From NCBI GenBank assembly GCA_963761305.1, contig CAVXGK010000002.1, positions 3,136,001 through 3,200,000 on the forward strand: a DNA stretch of 64,000 nucleotides, read 5' to 3'. Origin of the DNA: an uncultured Gemmatimonadaceae bacterium (GTDB lineage Bacteria > Gemmatimonadota > Gemmatimonadetes > Gemmatimonadales > Gemmatimonadaceae). This document shows positions 48,926 through 58,824 of the stretch, one piece after another (the stretch's first letter is position 1; every line of letters begins with the position of its first letter). The notes below the pieces were generated by a model. It searched no databases. It saw only the letters and a list, made by a program, of their open reading frames with translations, and had not been told where the DNA came from. Both the position numbers and the translations under genes were made by a program.

Positions 48926-50304
48926 GCGCGCCGACCATCACGAAGGCGCAACGGCCATCGCCAGGGCCGCGACGCGAGTATCACTTTCCCCGGTTCACAC
49001 GGCGACGGCTGGACAACGGACTCGAGTTGATCGTCGCGCCGGTGACGAAGCTTCCCGTCGTGACGGTCGCCGTGGTGGTCGACGCGGGTGCTGTGTGCGA
49101 TTCCGCCGGACAAGAAGGCGTCGCCCGGCTCGCGGCGAAGCTGATGCTCGAGGGCACCGAGAAGTACGACGGCGCCGAGCTCACCGAACGATTCGAGCAG
49201 CTGGGAGCGTCGATCGACGCGGAGGCCGATTGGGACGAGGCCGCCGTCACGATGACGGTGATGTCCGATCGTCTTCCGGCGGCGTTCGCATTGTTGGGTG
49301 AAGTCCTCCGCACGCCGGCGTTCCCGCAGAGGGAAGTCGATCGACTCAAGGCGGAGCGTCAGGCCGAGCTGCTGCAGCTGCGAGCGGAGCCGCGCGGCCT
49401 GGCAGACGAACTCTTCACGCGGTTTCTCTACACGCCTGCGTCGCGATATGCGCAGCCGGACGGCGGCGATGAAGTGAGCGTCGCGCGAATCGAACGCGCC
49501 GGCGTGCAGGCGTTCTACAAGAAGCGATATGCACCGTCCGCGACGACGGTGATCGTCGTCGGCGACGTCACGGTGGAGCGCGCGGAGGAGTTGGCGCACG
49601 GCGCGCTGGGTGGATGGTCGGGGAGCGCCCCGGCGAAGGTGCTTGCCGACGCGTCGGCCGCGCGTCAGGATCGTGCGGTGCACATCGTCGCCAAGGCGGA
49701 CGCGCCGCAGTCGGAGCTGCGCATCGGCCACATCGGAATTCCGCGCAACCATCCGGATTTCTTCGCCGTCAACGTGATGAACGCGATCCTCGGCGGACTG
49801 TTCAACTCGCGGATCAACCTGAATCTGCGCGAAGTGCACGGCTACACGTACGGCGCGTTCTCCGTGTTCGACTGGCGACGTCAGGCGGGGCCGTTCCTCG
49901 TGCAGACCGCGGTGAAGTCGGACATTACCGACGCGGCCGCGCGCGAGGTGCTGACGGAGATCGAGCGCATTCGCGCCGACCGCGTCGGCGACGACGAGCT
50001 CTCGCTCGCCACGAGCTATCTCGACGGCGTCTTCCCGATTCGCTTCGAGACGACGGCCGCGATCGCCTCGGCGCTCTCGGTGCTGGTCGTGCACGGGCTG
50101 CCGGACGACTACTACGAGCGTTATCGCGAGCGCGTGCGAGGCGTCACACGCGACCAAATCCTCGAGGCAGCGCGACGGCACCTGCACCCGGAGGCGCTGC
50201 AGCTGGTCGCCGTGGGAGATCCGGCGGTCGTCCACGATCGGCTCGCCGCGATGCAGTTCGGACCGGTGTCGCTCTACGACGCGTCGGGACAGCGAACCAA
50301 ATGA
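48922..50304 (+). CDS. M16 peptidase, non-catalytic partner
   Basis: LDNGL, SRINLNLREVHGYTYG; no HxxEH; ATGA overlap with the upstream gene. Confidence 0.9.
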   Translation: MSAPTITKAQRPSPGPRREYHFPRFTRRRLDNGLELIVAPVTKLPVVTVAVVVDAGAVCDSAGQEGVARLAAKLMLEGTEKYDGAELTERFEQLGASIDAEADWDEAAVTMTVMSDRLPAAFALLGEVLRTPAFPQREVDRLKAERQAELLQLRAEPRGLADELFTRFLYTPASRYAQPDGGDEVSVARIERAGVQAFYKKRYAPSATTVIVVGDVTVERAEELAHGALGGWSGSAPAKVLADASAARQDRAVHIVAKADAPQSELRIGHIGIPRNHPDFFAVNVMNAILGGLFNSRINLNLREVHGYTYGAFSVFDWRRQAGPFLVQTAVKSDITDAAAREVLTEIERIRADRVGDDELSLATSYLDGVFPIRFETTAAIASALSVLVVHGLPDDYYERYRERVRGVTRDQILEAARRHLHPEALQLVAVGDPAVVHDRLAAMQFGPVSLYDASGQRTK

Positions 50305-50861
50305 CCCCGCTCGAAAGCGCGGGTCAAGTCGGCAGCGAGCGCAAGTATACCGGAAAGATCATCTCGGTCGATCGCGACACCGTTCGCTTCCCCGACGGAT
50401 CGATCGGCGAACTGGACATCATTCGGCATCCCGGCGCGAGCGCCATCGTGCCGTTCGTGAGCGACGTCGAGGGCGAGGATCCGCAGATTCTCTTGATACG
50501 CCAGTATCGATATGCGGCCGGCGACTTCCTCTACGAAGTCCCCGCCGGCCGGCTCGAGGTAGGCGAGGATCCGCGCGACTGTGCCGTCCGCGAGCTCAAG
50601 GAAGAGACCGGCTGCACGGCGTCGCGTCTCGATTTCCTGTTCACGATGTTCACGACGCCCGGATTCACCGACGAACGCATCCACGTGTTTCTGGCCGCCG
50701 GGCTCCAGCGCGGAAACACGGCCCATGAACCCGACGAGTTCATGACGGTCGAGACGATGACGCTCTCGCATGCACTCGACTTGATCCGGCAGGGCCGGAT
50801 CAACGACGCCAAGACGGCGCTCGCGATCCTCTTCGCGGCTGGGTTTCGCGCCGGTCGCTGA
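50301..50861 (+). CDS. NUDIX hydrolase (ADP-ribose pyrophosphatase-like)
   Basis: Nudix box GRLEVGEDPRDCAVRELKEETG, HPGA, DAKT. Confidence 0.92.
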   Translation: MTPLESAGQVGSERKYTGKIISVDRDTVRFPDGSIGELDIIRHPGASAIVPFVSDVEGEDPQILLIRQYRYAAGDFLYEVPAGRLEVGEDPRDCAVRELKEETGCTASRLDFLFTMFTTPGFTDERIHVFLAAGLQRGNTAHEPDEFMTVETMTLSHALDLIRQGRINDAKTALAILFAAGFRAGR

Positions 50862-51049
50862 GCGATCCCTCGCGGGTCGGGAGCAACTCGGGCGGTCGCC
50901 TCTGTGTCAAAAGAGGGACAAAGAAAGCCGCCGCGGGATAGGGTCTCGTCATGAATTGTGGACAGGGCGAAACCGCCCCCCGACGGCAACTCGACTCTCA
51001 AGTTGTTGATCTACAACGGCTTGAAACGCGACAGTTTCCGCGCTTGGTG

Positions 51050-51064
51050 CGGCATGGCATCTGC
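51050..51064 (+). promoter_or_regulatory. Candidate sigma-54 promoter of the ECF sigma gene
   Basis: CGGCAT-GGCAT-CTGC keeps GG-N10-GC; an IHF-like site lies upstream at 50999-51023. Confidence 0.5.
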
Positions 51065-51168
51065 CCCTTTGTACCAGCGAGAAGTAGTGGTTTCTGGGGG
51101 ACGCGATCGAATCTGTTCTGTTCGTCGAGTCGTACCCTTTCAAGCAGTGCCAAGGGGGCACGGGCACC

Positions 51169-51801
51169 ATGGCTGAAGTCGCAATCAAACGGTCGCCGCT
51201 GCCGGGGACGGCGAGAGAAAGGCTTCATGCGCTCGACGATGCGTCGATCGTCGGGGCATTTCTCGGCGGGGAGGAGCGGGCGTTCACCGAGCTCGTCGAG
51301 CGGTATCAGACGCGGTTGCTCAACTTCATCTACCGAACGATCGGCGACCGTGAGCGGGCCGAGGATCTCGTCCAAGAGGTCTTCATCCGGGTGTACCGGC
51401 ATCTACATCGCTTCGATCGGACGAAGAAGTTCTCGACGTGGGTCTACACGATCGCGTCGAACCTCGCCAAGAACGAGCTCCGCAATCGGTCGCGAAACCC
51501 GCTGGTCTTGTTCCAAACCATCAAGGCAAGTTGGGATGACGAAGAGCGTCCGCTGCAGTTCGAGGACACGACCGCCCGGCCAGATGACATGTACCGGCGC
51601 CGTCATCTTCGCTCGCTGGTGGAAGAGACAGTGGCCAAGCTTCCGGAGCATCACCGTCAGGTGTTCGTGCTTCGCGAGCTCGAGGGGAAGTCGTACGAAG
51701 AGATCGCCGAGATCACCGACTGCAACCTGGGCACGGTGAAGTCACGGCTGAATCGGGCACGCAATGCGTTTGCGTCGATCATCGAGCCGAAGATCGACTG
51801 A
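51169..51801 (+). CDS. ECF RNA polymerase sigma factor
   Basis: AEDLVQEVF, FSTWVYTIASN, SYEEIAE...GTVKSRLNRAR. Confidence 0.96.
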   Translation: MAEVAIKRSPLPGTARERLHALDDASIVGAFLGGEERAFTELVERYQTRLLNFIYRTIGDRERAEDLVQEVFIRVYRHLHRFDRTKKFSTWVYTIASNLAKNELRNRSRNPLVLFQTIKASWDDEERPLQFEDTTARPDDMYRRRHLRSLVEETVAKLPEHHRQVFVLRELEGKSYEEIAEITDCNLGTVKSRLNRARNAFASIIEPKID

Positions 51802-51984
51802 CACGTTTTGGCTCACGATCGGCTGTAGTGTATAGATGAGGGGAGAAGCGGGCGGGGCCGAATCGGCCTCGCCCGTTTCGCATCGCGGGGTCTCGCGTCC
51901 TCCTTGGGGCCGCCGTATTCTGGAACCGCCTCCGGTGCGGCGGGTACCGATTGGCGAAACCACCCGCGGTGCGAGCCCCTTTTG

Positions 51985-52587
51985 ATGGACTGTCGCGAGT
52001 TTCGAAGCAAACACGTGGCGTACGTCGACGACCTCTTGGCAGCCGTCGACATGGATGCGATGCGGGCCCACCTGGAGTGGTGCACGAACTGCGCGCATCA
52101 GGACACCGCGGTGCGGCGAAGTCTGCTGCTCGTGCGAAACCTTCCCGTCATCGAACCGTCGCCGGATTTCATGATCCGGTTGAACGCGCGATTGTCCGAG
52201 ATCGGACCGGCGCCGACCTACGCCCCGGCGAGAACCTCGCTGTTCTTTTCCGTGCCGGCGCTGGGGACTTTCGCGGCGGTTGCGGCGGGCATCGGTGTCA
52301 TCGCCGTGCTGTCGTTCCGGACGACACACTATGTCGCGCCCGTACAGGAAGCGAACGCGCACATTACGGATGCGCCGATCCCGAACACGCCGATCTCCGC
52401 GGACGTCGATCTGACGCCGGCCCCCATGCCGTCGGCGAACAGTGGCGCCGACGGCACTCCGATGGCGAACGCCGCGTACGTGGCCGCGGTGCCGACGGGG
52501 ATGCCGATTTGGCCGGCGGTGCTCATGATCGGCGAGTCTCCGGTGCGATTCGCGACCATGGAGCTCCAGCAGCCCGACGGACGCTGA
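51985..52587 (+). CDS. Zinc-finger (zf-HC2) anti-sigma factor
   Basis: MDC...HLEWCTNC (HxxxCxxC), one TM helix, Pro-rich periplasmic tail. Confidence 0.85.
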   Translation: MDCREFRSKHVAYVDDLLAAVDMDAMRAHLEWCTNCAHQDTAVRRSLLLVRNLPVIEPSPDFMIRLNARLSEIGPAPTYAPARTSLFFSVPALGTFAAVAAGIGVIAVLSFRTTHYVAPVQEANAHITDAPIPNTPISADVDLTPAPMPSANSGADGTPMANAAYVAAVPTGMPIWPAVLMIGESPVRFATMELQQPDGR

Positions 52588-52617
52588 CACAAAACACAGC
52601 AATGCGCGCGACCAGGC

Positions 52618-52640
52618 AGCCGGCGACGAGCCGGCTTTTT
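52618..52640 (+). terminator. Intrinsic terminator after the anti-sigma gene
   Basis: agccggc-gacga-gccggct followed by TTTT. Confidence 0.75.
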
Positions 52641-52678
52641 CTTTGTCCGGGCGGCGCGTCGCGGCATATATTCTCGGC

Positions 52679-53740
52679 ATGTCGCCCGTCGTCGACGCAA
52701 AAGCGCTTCGCGCCGCGGTCAAGGAGCGCGCGTTCGCGCCCGCATACTATTTCTACGGCGACGACGACTACCTCAAGAGCGAGGAGCTTCGCCGGCTGAT
52801 CGACGCGGCCGTCGATCCGGCGACGCGCGATTTCAACCTCGAGTTCCTGCGCGGCGCGGAAGTGGACGCCACCACGCTGGGATCGATCGCCGAGACGCCG
52901 CCGATGATGGCCGAGCGACGCGCGCTCGTCGTGCGCGACGTGAATGCGCTCAAAAAGGATGCGCGCGCCGTCCTCGACCAATACCTCGAGCGTCCGGCGG
53001 CGGACGTCTTGCTCGTGCTCGTGGCCGGCGCGGGAGTGAAGGCGGACAAGGCGCTCACATCGCGGACGTCGGCGATCGAATTCGCGCCGCTGAGCGGCGC
53101 CCGCATCCCGAAGTGGATCACGTACTACGTCGAGCACGACCTCGGTACGACGATCACGAGCTCCGCGGTGACGCTGCTGCAGGAGGCGGCGGGCACCGAG
53201 CTGGCGCAGTTGCGCGTCGAGCTCGACAAGCTGATCGCGTTCACCGGCGGCGGGGTCATCGACGATGCGGCCGTGTCGGCGGTGGTCGGCATTCGGCCGG
53301 GCGAAACGCTCGGCGATTTTCTCGACGCCGTCGCGCGCCGCGACGCGGTGGCGGCGTTGGCGATGCTCGGCACCGTCATGCAACAGCCGAAGTCGAGCGC
53401 CGTGACGACCGTGATGGCGCTCGCCGCGCAGACGCTGACCATTTCCTGGGCACAAGCAGCGCGCGAGCGCAGCGCACATCCCGGCAAGATCACCCAGGAC
53501 TTGTTCTCGCTCCTCAAGGAATCGGGATCGGTGTTCACCGGCCGTTCATGGGGGGAGTTCGTGGCAACGTGCGTTCGTGAATCCGAGCGCTGGTCTCCCG
53601 CGGCGATCGACGACGCGCTCGACGCCCTCCTCGAGGCGGACATGACGCTCAAGGAGAGCCGCGTGTCGTCCGAGGAACAGGTGCTCGCGAGTCTCGTGCT
53701 GCTGATTTGTGGCACGCGGTCCGGCCGACGCGCCGCTTGA
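52679..53740 (+). CDS. holA: DNA polymerase III delta subunit
   Basis: YYFYGDDDY, DFNL, PMMAERR, ELDKL, EADMTLK. Confidence 0.9.
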   Translation: MSPVVDAKALRAAVKERAFAPAYYFYGDDDYLKSEELRRLIDAAVDPATRDFNLEFLRGAEVDATTLGSIAETPPMMAERRALVVRDVNALKKDARAVLDQYLERPAADVLLVLVAGAGVKADKALTSRTSAIEFAPLSGARIPKWITYYVEHDLGTTITSSAVTLLQEAAGTELAQLRVELDKLIAFTGGGVIDDAAVSAVVGIRPGETLGDFLDAVARRDAVAALAMLGTVMQQPKSSAVTTVMALAAQTLTISWAQAARERSAHPGKITQDLFSLLKESGSVFTGRSWGEFVATCVRESERWSPAAIDDALDALLEADMTLKESRVSSEEQVLASLVLLICGTRSGRRAA

Positions 53741-53744
53741 CCGA

Positions 53745-54692
53745 ATGACGATGCGGACGCGATCGATCGTGCGGTGCATCGAAGCGGCGCTGTTTCTCGC
53801 TCTCGGAACCTCGTTGGGCGCGCAGAATGTCGCGGCCCAGGGAACGCCGGCCGTGACGCCGGCGGTGGACTCCGTCTTCGCGCGGGCGCGGCGGCTCGTG
53901 TCGAGCGGGAACGGCGCCGCGGGCCGAGTGCTCATCGACTCGATGGTCGCCGCGGCGCCTCCAGACTCGCCCACTTACGCGGAAGCGGTGTATTGGCGCG
54001 CCGCGCTCGCGGCGTCACCGGCCGACGCCGAGAAGGACTACCGGCGGCTGGTCGTCGAATACTGGTACGCGCCGCACCTCGGCGACGCGCTCGTGCAGCT
54101 CGCGCAGATGGAGAGCGCCCGCGGCGATCGTTCCGCGGCGACGGAGCATCTCGAGCGATACATGCTCGAGGCGCCGTCGCATCCGGACCGGGCGCGGAAC
54201 GGCCTCATGCTCGTGCGCCTACTCTTCGATCAGAATGACGTCCCGCGCGGTTGCGTCGCCTGGAAGCAGGCGATGAGCGCCGTGCCGTCGGGCGCCGTCG
54301 AGCTCCGAAACCAACTCAGCTACTACTCGGCTCGCTGCACGGCGAATGACGTGAGCGCAGCGTCGCGTGTGCCGGTGGGGTATCCGCCGGGAGTCACGCC
54401 ACCGGTTCCGGCGAAGGACACGAGCGCGGCGCACAGCGATTCGGCGGCATCGACCGGAAAGGCGCGCTTCACGCTCCAGGTGGCGGCGTATCAGTCGAAG
54501 ACCGACGCGACGCATCTCGTGACGAGACTCGCGGCGCGCGGCGTGACCGCGCGAGTCGTCGGGTCGGCCAAGCTCTATCGCGTTCGCGTCGGGCGGTACG
54601 ACACGCGCACGGCGGCGCTGGCCGCGCAGAAACAGCTCAGGGCCAAGAAGCTCGACGCGTTGATCACCGAGATCGGTCCGGACGACAAGTGA
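53745..54692 (+). CDS. Exported TPR + SPOR domain protein
   Basis: Signal peptide, TPR-like helices, SPOR motif FTLQVAAY...YRVRVGRY. Confidence 0.85.
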   Translation: MTMRTRSIVRCIEAALFLALGTSLGAQNVAAQGTPAVTPAVDSVFARARRLVSSGNGAAGRVLIDSMVAAAPPDSPTYAEAVYWRAALAASPADAEKDYRRLVVEYWYAPHLGDALVQLAQMESARGDRSAATEHLERYMLEAPSHPDRARNGLMLVRLLFDQNDVPRGCVAWKQAMSAVPSGAVELRNQLSYYSARCTANDVSAASRVPVGYPPGVTPPVPAKDTSAAHSDSAASTGKARFTLQVAAYQSKTDATHLVTRLAARGVTARVVGSAKLYRVRVGRYDTRTAALAAQKQLRAKKLDALITEIGPDDK

Positions 54693-57322
54693 CGACGATG
54701 TCGACGGCCGCGCAGACGCCGCTCATGCAGCAGTATCGAGAGATCAAGAGTCGCCACGAGAACGCGATTCTGTTTTTTCGGATGGGCGAGTTCTATGAGA
54801 TGTTCTACGACGACGCCGAGACTGCGTCGCGCGTGCTCGGCCTCACGTTGACGTCGAGGAACAACGGCGGCGCGTCGGACGTGCCGCTGGCCGGCGTGCC
54901 GGTCAAGGCCGCCGGCGACTACGTGCGCCGTCTCGTGCAGCAGGGTTTCCGCGTCGCGATCTGCGAACAGACTGAGGATCCGAAGCAGGCGAAGGGCGTC
55001 GTGCGCCGAGAGGTCATCGAAACGGTGACGCCCGGGGTGGCGTTTTCGGACGATCTGCTCGACGGCACGAGAAACAATTTCATCTGCGCGATCCTGGTGG
55101 CCGACGAACGCCACGCGCCTGCTCGCGACGCGGCCGTCGGCGTGGCCGCCGCGGACGTGTCGACCGGCGAGGTGCGGCTGATCGACACGACGCTTGCCGA
55201 TCTCGACCCGCTGATGGCGCGGCTGACACCGCGAGAGATTCTCGTGCCTTCGGCGTCGAAGGCCCGGCTTCCGTCGTCGCGGAGCGATGCGCTCGTCACC
55301 GAACGGGAAGCGTGGGAGTTCGACGCGCCGCTCGCGCGCGAGGATCTGACGCGGCAATACAGCGTGTTGTCGCTCGACGGATTCGGGCTCGACTCGTCCG
55401 ACACACTCGTGATCGGCGCGGCGGGAGCCCTCTTCCGTTACTTGCGCGAACTGCAACCGGCTGGACTACCGCAGCTCGCGCGTCCGATCGTCGAGAGGCC
55501 GGGTGGGGCGATGCCGCTCGACGAGATGACGCGCCGGAATCTCGAGCTGGTCGAGTCACTGCGCGGCGGCGGCACCGACGGCACGCTGCTCTCGGTGCTC
55601 GACCGCACCGGCACACCGATGGGTGCGCGTCTTCTCCGGCAATGGATCCTCGCGCCGCTCACGAACCGCGCGGCGATCGAGTCGCGTCTCGACGGGGTCG
55701 CGAAATTCGTCGGCGATCCAATCGCTCGCGAAGCGATGCGAGACGCGGTGGACGACGTGCGCGACGTCGAGCGACTCGCCGCGAAGGCCGCTGCCCACCG
55801 TAGCACGCCACGCGAGCTTCGCGCACTCGGCGATTCGCTCACCGCGCTGCCGGGCGTGGCGACGGCGCTGCGACGTATCGCGAGCTCGGGGCGGCTGGCG
55901 GAGATTTCGTTGGCATGGGACGACGCCGCGGAGTTGGCGAGCCGTCTCTGCTCGGCGCTCGTGGAACGGCCGCCGCTGGCGATCGGCGACGACGCAGTCA
56001 TCGCCCCGGGCGTCGACGCGGAGCTGGACTCGTTGCGCGAGCTGCGCGACGGCGGCCGCGACGCGATCGCGCGCATCCAGTCGGACGAGCGCGCGCGGAC
56101 CGGCATCCCGTCGCTCAAGGTCGGATTCAACAAAGTCTTCGGTTACTACATCGAAGTCACGAATTCCAACCTGTCTCTCGTGCCCGCCGACTATCAGCGC
56201 CGGCAGACGATAACGTCGGGCGAACGGTTCGTGACGCCGGCGCTGAAGGAGCACGAGGAGCGGGTCCTGACCGCGGCGGAGCGCATCGAGTCGCGCGAGC
56301 GCGAGCTCTTCGACCGGCTCCGCGGCGAGGCGGGCCTCGAGATTGCGCGATTGCAGGAGATCGCGCGTCGCGTCGCGGAGCTCGACGTACTCGGGACGCT
56401 CGCCGACGTCGCGGCGCGCGAAGGCTATGTGCGGCCGACGATCGTCGACGATTTCACGCTCGACATCACAGCCGGCCGCCACCCGGTGGTCGAGCGGATG
56501 ATGCCACGCGACAAGTTCATTCCGAACGACCTGCGGCTCGTCGAGGATGCGCGCGTGATCATCCTCACGGGACCGAACATGGCCGGCAAGTCGACCGTGC
56601 TGCGCCAGATCGGACTGATCGTGTTGATGGCGCAGGCGGGAAGCTTCGTTCCGGCGTCGGCGGCACGCATCGGTGTCGTGGATCGGATTTTCACACGTGT
56701 CGGAGCGAGCGACAATCTCGTGCGCGGGCAGTCGACGTTCATGGTGGAGATGAGCGAGACGAGCGCGATCCTGCATACGGCGACCGCGCACAGCCTCGTG
56801 CTCTTGGACGAGATCGGGCGCGGCACGGCGACGTACGACGGCGTGTCGATCGCATGGGCGGTCACGGAGCACCTGCACAACGCGATTCGCTGCAAGACCG
56901 TGTTCGCGACGCACTACCATGAATTGACGCAGCTTTCCGACGAGCTCGACGCGCTCCGCAACTTCAACGTCGCGGTGCGTGAAGCCGGCGAGCAGATCCT
57001 GTTCTTGCACCGGCTCGAGCCCGGTGGCGCCGACCGATCGTACGGGATCGAGGTCGGGCGGCTCGCCGGGTTACCGAACGACGTGATCCAGCGCGCGCGA
57101 CGCGTGCTGGCCCTGCTCGAAGGGGAGCAACTGGTGCGCGGGCTCGATCCGTCCGTCAACGTGCGACGGGAGCGCGTCGTCGCAGCCACCGACCAGCTCG
57201 GCCTTTTCGCCGCGCCGCCGCATCCGGTCGTACATCAGCTCGCCCGAATCGACGCGAACACGCTCACACCGATCGAAGCGCTCTCGCTCCTGGCGAAGCT
57301 GGCCGACGAAGCCAGACGGTAG
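54689..57322 (+). CDS. mutS: DNA mismatch repair protein MutS
   Basis: TPLMQQY, GEFYEMF, TGPNMAGKST, STFMVEM, DEIGRG, THYHEL. Confidence 0.98.
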   Translation: MTTMSTAAQTPLMQQYREIKSRHENAILFFRMGEFYEMFYDDAETASRVLGLTLTSRNNGGASDVPLAGVPVKAAGDYVRRLVQQGFRVAICEQTEDPKQAKGVVRREVIETVTPGVAFSDDLLDGTRNNFICAILVADERHAPARDAAVGVAAADVSTGEVRLIDTTLADLDPLMARLTPREILVPSASKARLPSSRSDALVTEREAWEFDAPLAREDLTRQYSVLSLDGFGLDSSDTLVIGAAGALFRYLRELQPAGLPQLARPIVERPGGAMPLDEMTRRNLELVESLRGGGTDGTLLSVLDRTGTPMGARLLRQWILAPLTNRAAIESRLDGVAKFVGDPIAREAMRDAVDDVRDVERLAAKAAAHRSTPRELRALGDSLTALPGVATALRRIASSGRLAEISLAWDDAAELASRLCSALVERPPLAIGDDAVIAPGVDAELDSLRELRDGGRDAIARIQSDERARTGIPSLKVGFNKVFGYYIEVTNSNLSLVPADYQRRQTITSGERFVTPALKEHEERVLTAAERIESRERELFDRLRGEAGLEIARLQEIARRVAELDVLGTLADVAAREGYVRPTIVDDFTLDITAGRHPVVERMMPRDKFIPNDLRLVEDARVIILTGPNMAGKSTVLRQIGLIVLMAQAGSFVPASAARIGVVDRIFTRVGASDNLVRGQSTFMVEMSETSAILHTATAHSLVLLDEIGRGTATYDGVSIAWAVTEHLHNAIRCKTVFATHYHELTQLSDELDALRNFNVAVREAGEQILFLHRLEPGGADRSYGIEVGRLAGLPNDVIQRARRVLALLEGEQLVRGLDPSVNVRRERVVAATDQLGLFAAPPHPVVHQLARIDANTLTPIEALSLLAKLADEARR

Positions 57323-57405
57323 CGGCGGTACAACGCGACGTCGCACCGCGCGCGTCGCGCGCCCTTCAGGGCGGTCATAGATTGGACCTCGCCACATCCA
57401 CGCCG

Positions 57406-58824
57406 ATGTCCATCTCTCCTTCCGCTGCGCCACGGCACACAACTCCGTACGACAATGTGCTCGGCCTCATCGGCTGGACACCGCTGATTCGTTTGAGCCG
57501 TGTGACGCGTGGCATCCGGACGCCGGTCTTCGCGAAGGCGGAGTTTTTCAATCCGGGTGGATCGCTCAAGGACCGCATCGGAGGGCCGATCATCGAGCGC
57601 GCCGAGCGCGAAGGAAAGCTCAAGCCCGGCGGCACGATCGTCGAAGGGACGAGCGGGAACACGGGAATCGGCCTCGCGCTCGCCGCGGCGTTCAAGGGCT
57701 ACAAGTGCGTGTTCACGATGCCGGACAAGATGTCGCAGGAGAAGGTCCGGCTGCTCAAAGCGTTTGGCGCCGAGGTGATCGTGACGCCGACGGCGGTGCC
57801 GCCGGATCATCCGGACAACTACGTGATGATGGCGAAGCGCATCGCCAGCGAAACGCCGAACGCGATTCTGGCCAATCAGTTCTACAACGACGCGAACTCG
57901 CAGGCACACTACGACACGACGGGCCCGGAGATCTGGGAACAGACGCAGGGGAAGATCACGCACTTCGTGTTCGCCGCGGGCACGGGCGGCACGATCACCG
58001 GGGTGGGTCGCTATCTCAAGGAAAAGAATCCGGCGATTCAGGTCATCGCCGGCGATCCGGTCGGCTCGATTCTCTGCGACATGTGGCGGTCAAAAGGCGA
58101 GAACAAGCCGGAGGGCGTGCCGTACAAGGTCGAGGGAATCGGACAGGACAAGGTTCCCGGGACGCTCGATATGGGTGTGATCGACGACTTCATGACGGTG
58201 AACGACAAGGAGTCGTTCGCGATGGCGCGACGGCTCACGCGGGAAGAAGGTCTGTTCGTCGGCGGGTCGAGCGGGCTCGTGGTGCAGGTGGCACTGCATG
58301 TCGCGCGACGCCTTGACGATCCCAGCGCGCTGATCGTCGTTCCGCTGCCCGACACCGGCGAACGGTATCTCTCCAAGCTGTACAACGACGAGTGGATGCG
58401 TGAGAACCAACTGCTCGACGCCGACCGCACGACGCTCGCGTTCGTCCTCGAGGCGAAGGCGCAGACGGGTGGCGACACGCCAGTGGTCGTGAGCGTGCCG
58501 CCGGGATCGACCGTCCGTCAGGCGCTCAAGCTCATGGCCCTGCACGACGTGTCGCAGCTCCCGGTGATGGATGGGGCGAACTGCGTCGGGTCGGTGAGCG
58601 ATTGGTCGTTGTCGGCGAAGAGTCTCGACAACACAAAATTGCTCGATTCCACAGTGAGCGAAGTGATGGACCCGCCGTTTCCGGTCGTGGACGTGGCGCA
58701 GCCGGTGGACAACGTGGCCAAGCTTCTCTCCAAGTCGAATCCCGCGGTGCTCGTCAGGTCCAACGGCACCGTTCGAGGCATCGTGACGCGCTCGGACATG
58801 CTCAACTATCTCATGGCGCGATGA
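57406..58824 (+). CDS. cbs: Cystathionine beta-synthase (PLP domain plus CBS pair)
   Basis: NPGGSLKDR, TSGNTG, GTGGT, YKVEGIG, C-terminal CBS domains. Confidence 0.9.
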   Translation: MSISPSAAPRHTTPYDNVLGLIGWTPLIRLSRVTRGIRTPVFAKAEFFNPGGSLKDRIGGPIIERAEREGKLKPGGTIVEGTSGNTGIGLALAAAFKGYKCVFTMPDKMSQEKVRLLKAFGAEVIVTPTAVPPDHPDNYVMMAKRIASETPNAILANQFYNDANSQAHYDTTGPEIWEQTQGKITHFVFAAGTGGTITGVGRYLKEKNPAIQVIAGDPVGSILCDMWRSKGENKPEGVPYKVEGIGQDKVPGTLDMGVIDDFMTVNDKESFAMARRLTREEGLFVGGSSGLVVQVALHVARRLDDPSALIVVPLPDTGERYLSKLYNDEWMRENQLLDADRTTLAFVLEAKAQTGGDTPVVVSVPPGSTVRQALKLMALHDVSQLPVMDGANCVGSVSDWSLSAKSLDNTKLLDSTVSEVMDPPFPVVDVAQPVDNVAKLLSKSNPAVLVRSNGTVRGIVTRSDMLNYLMAR

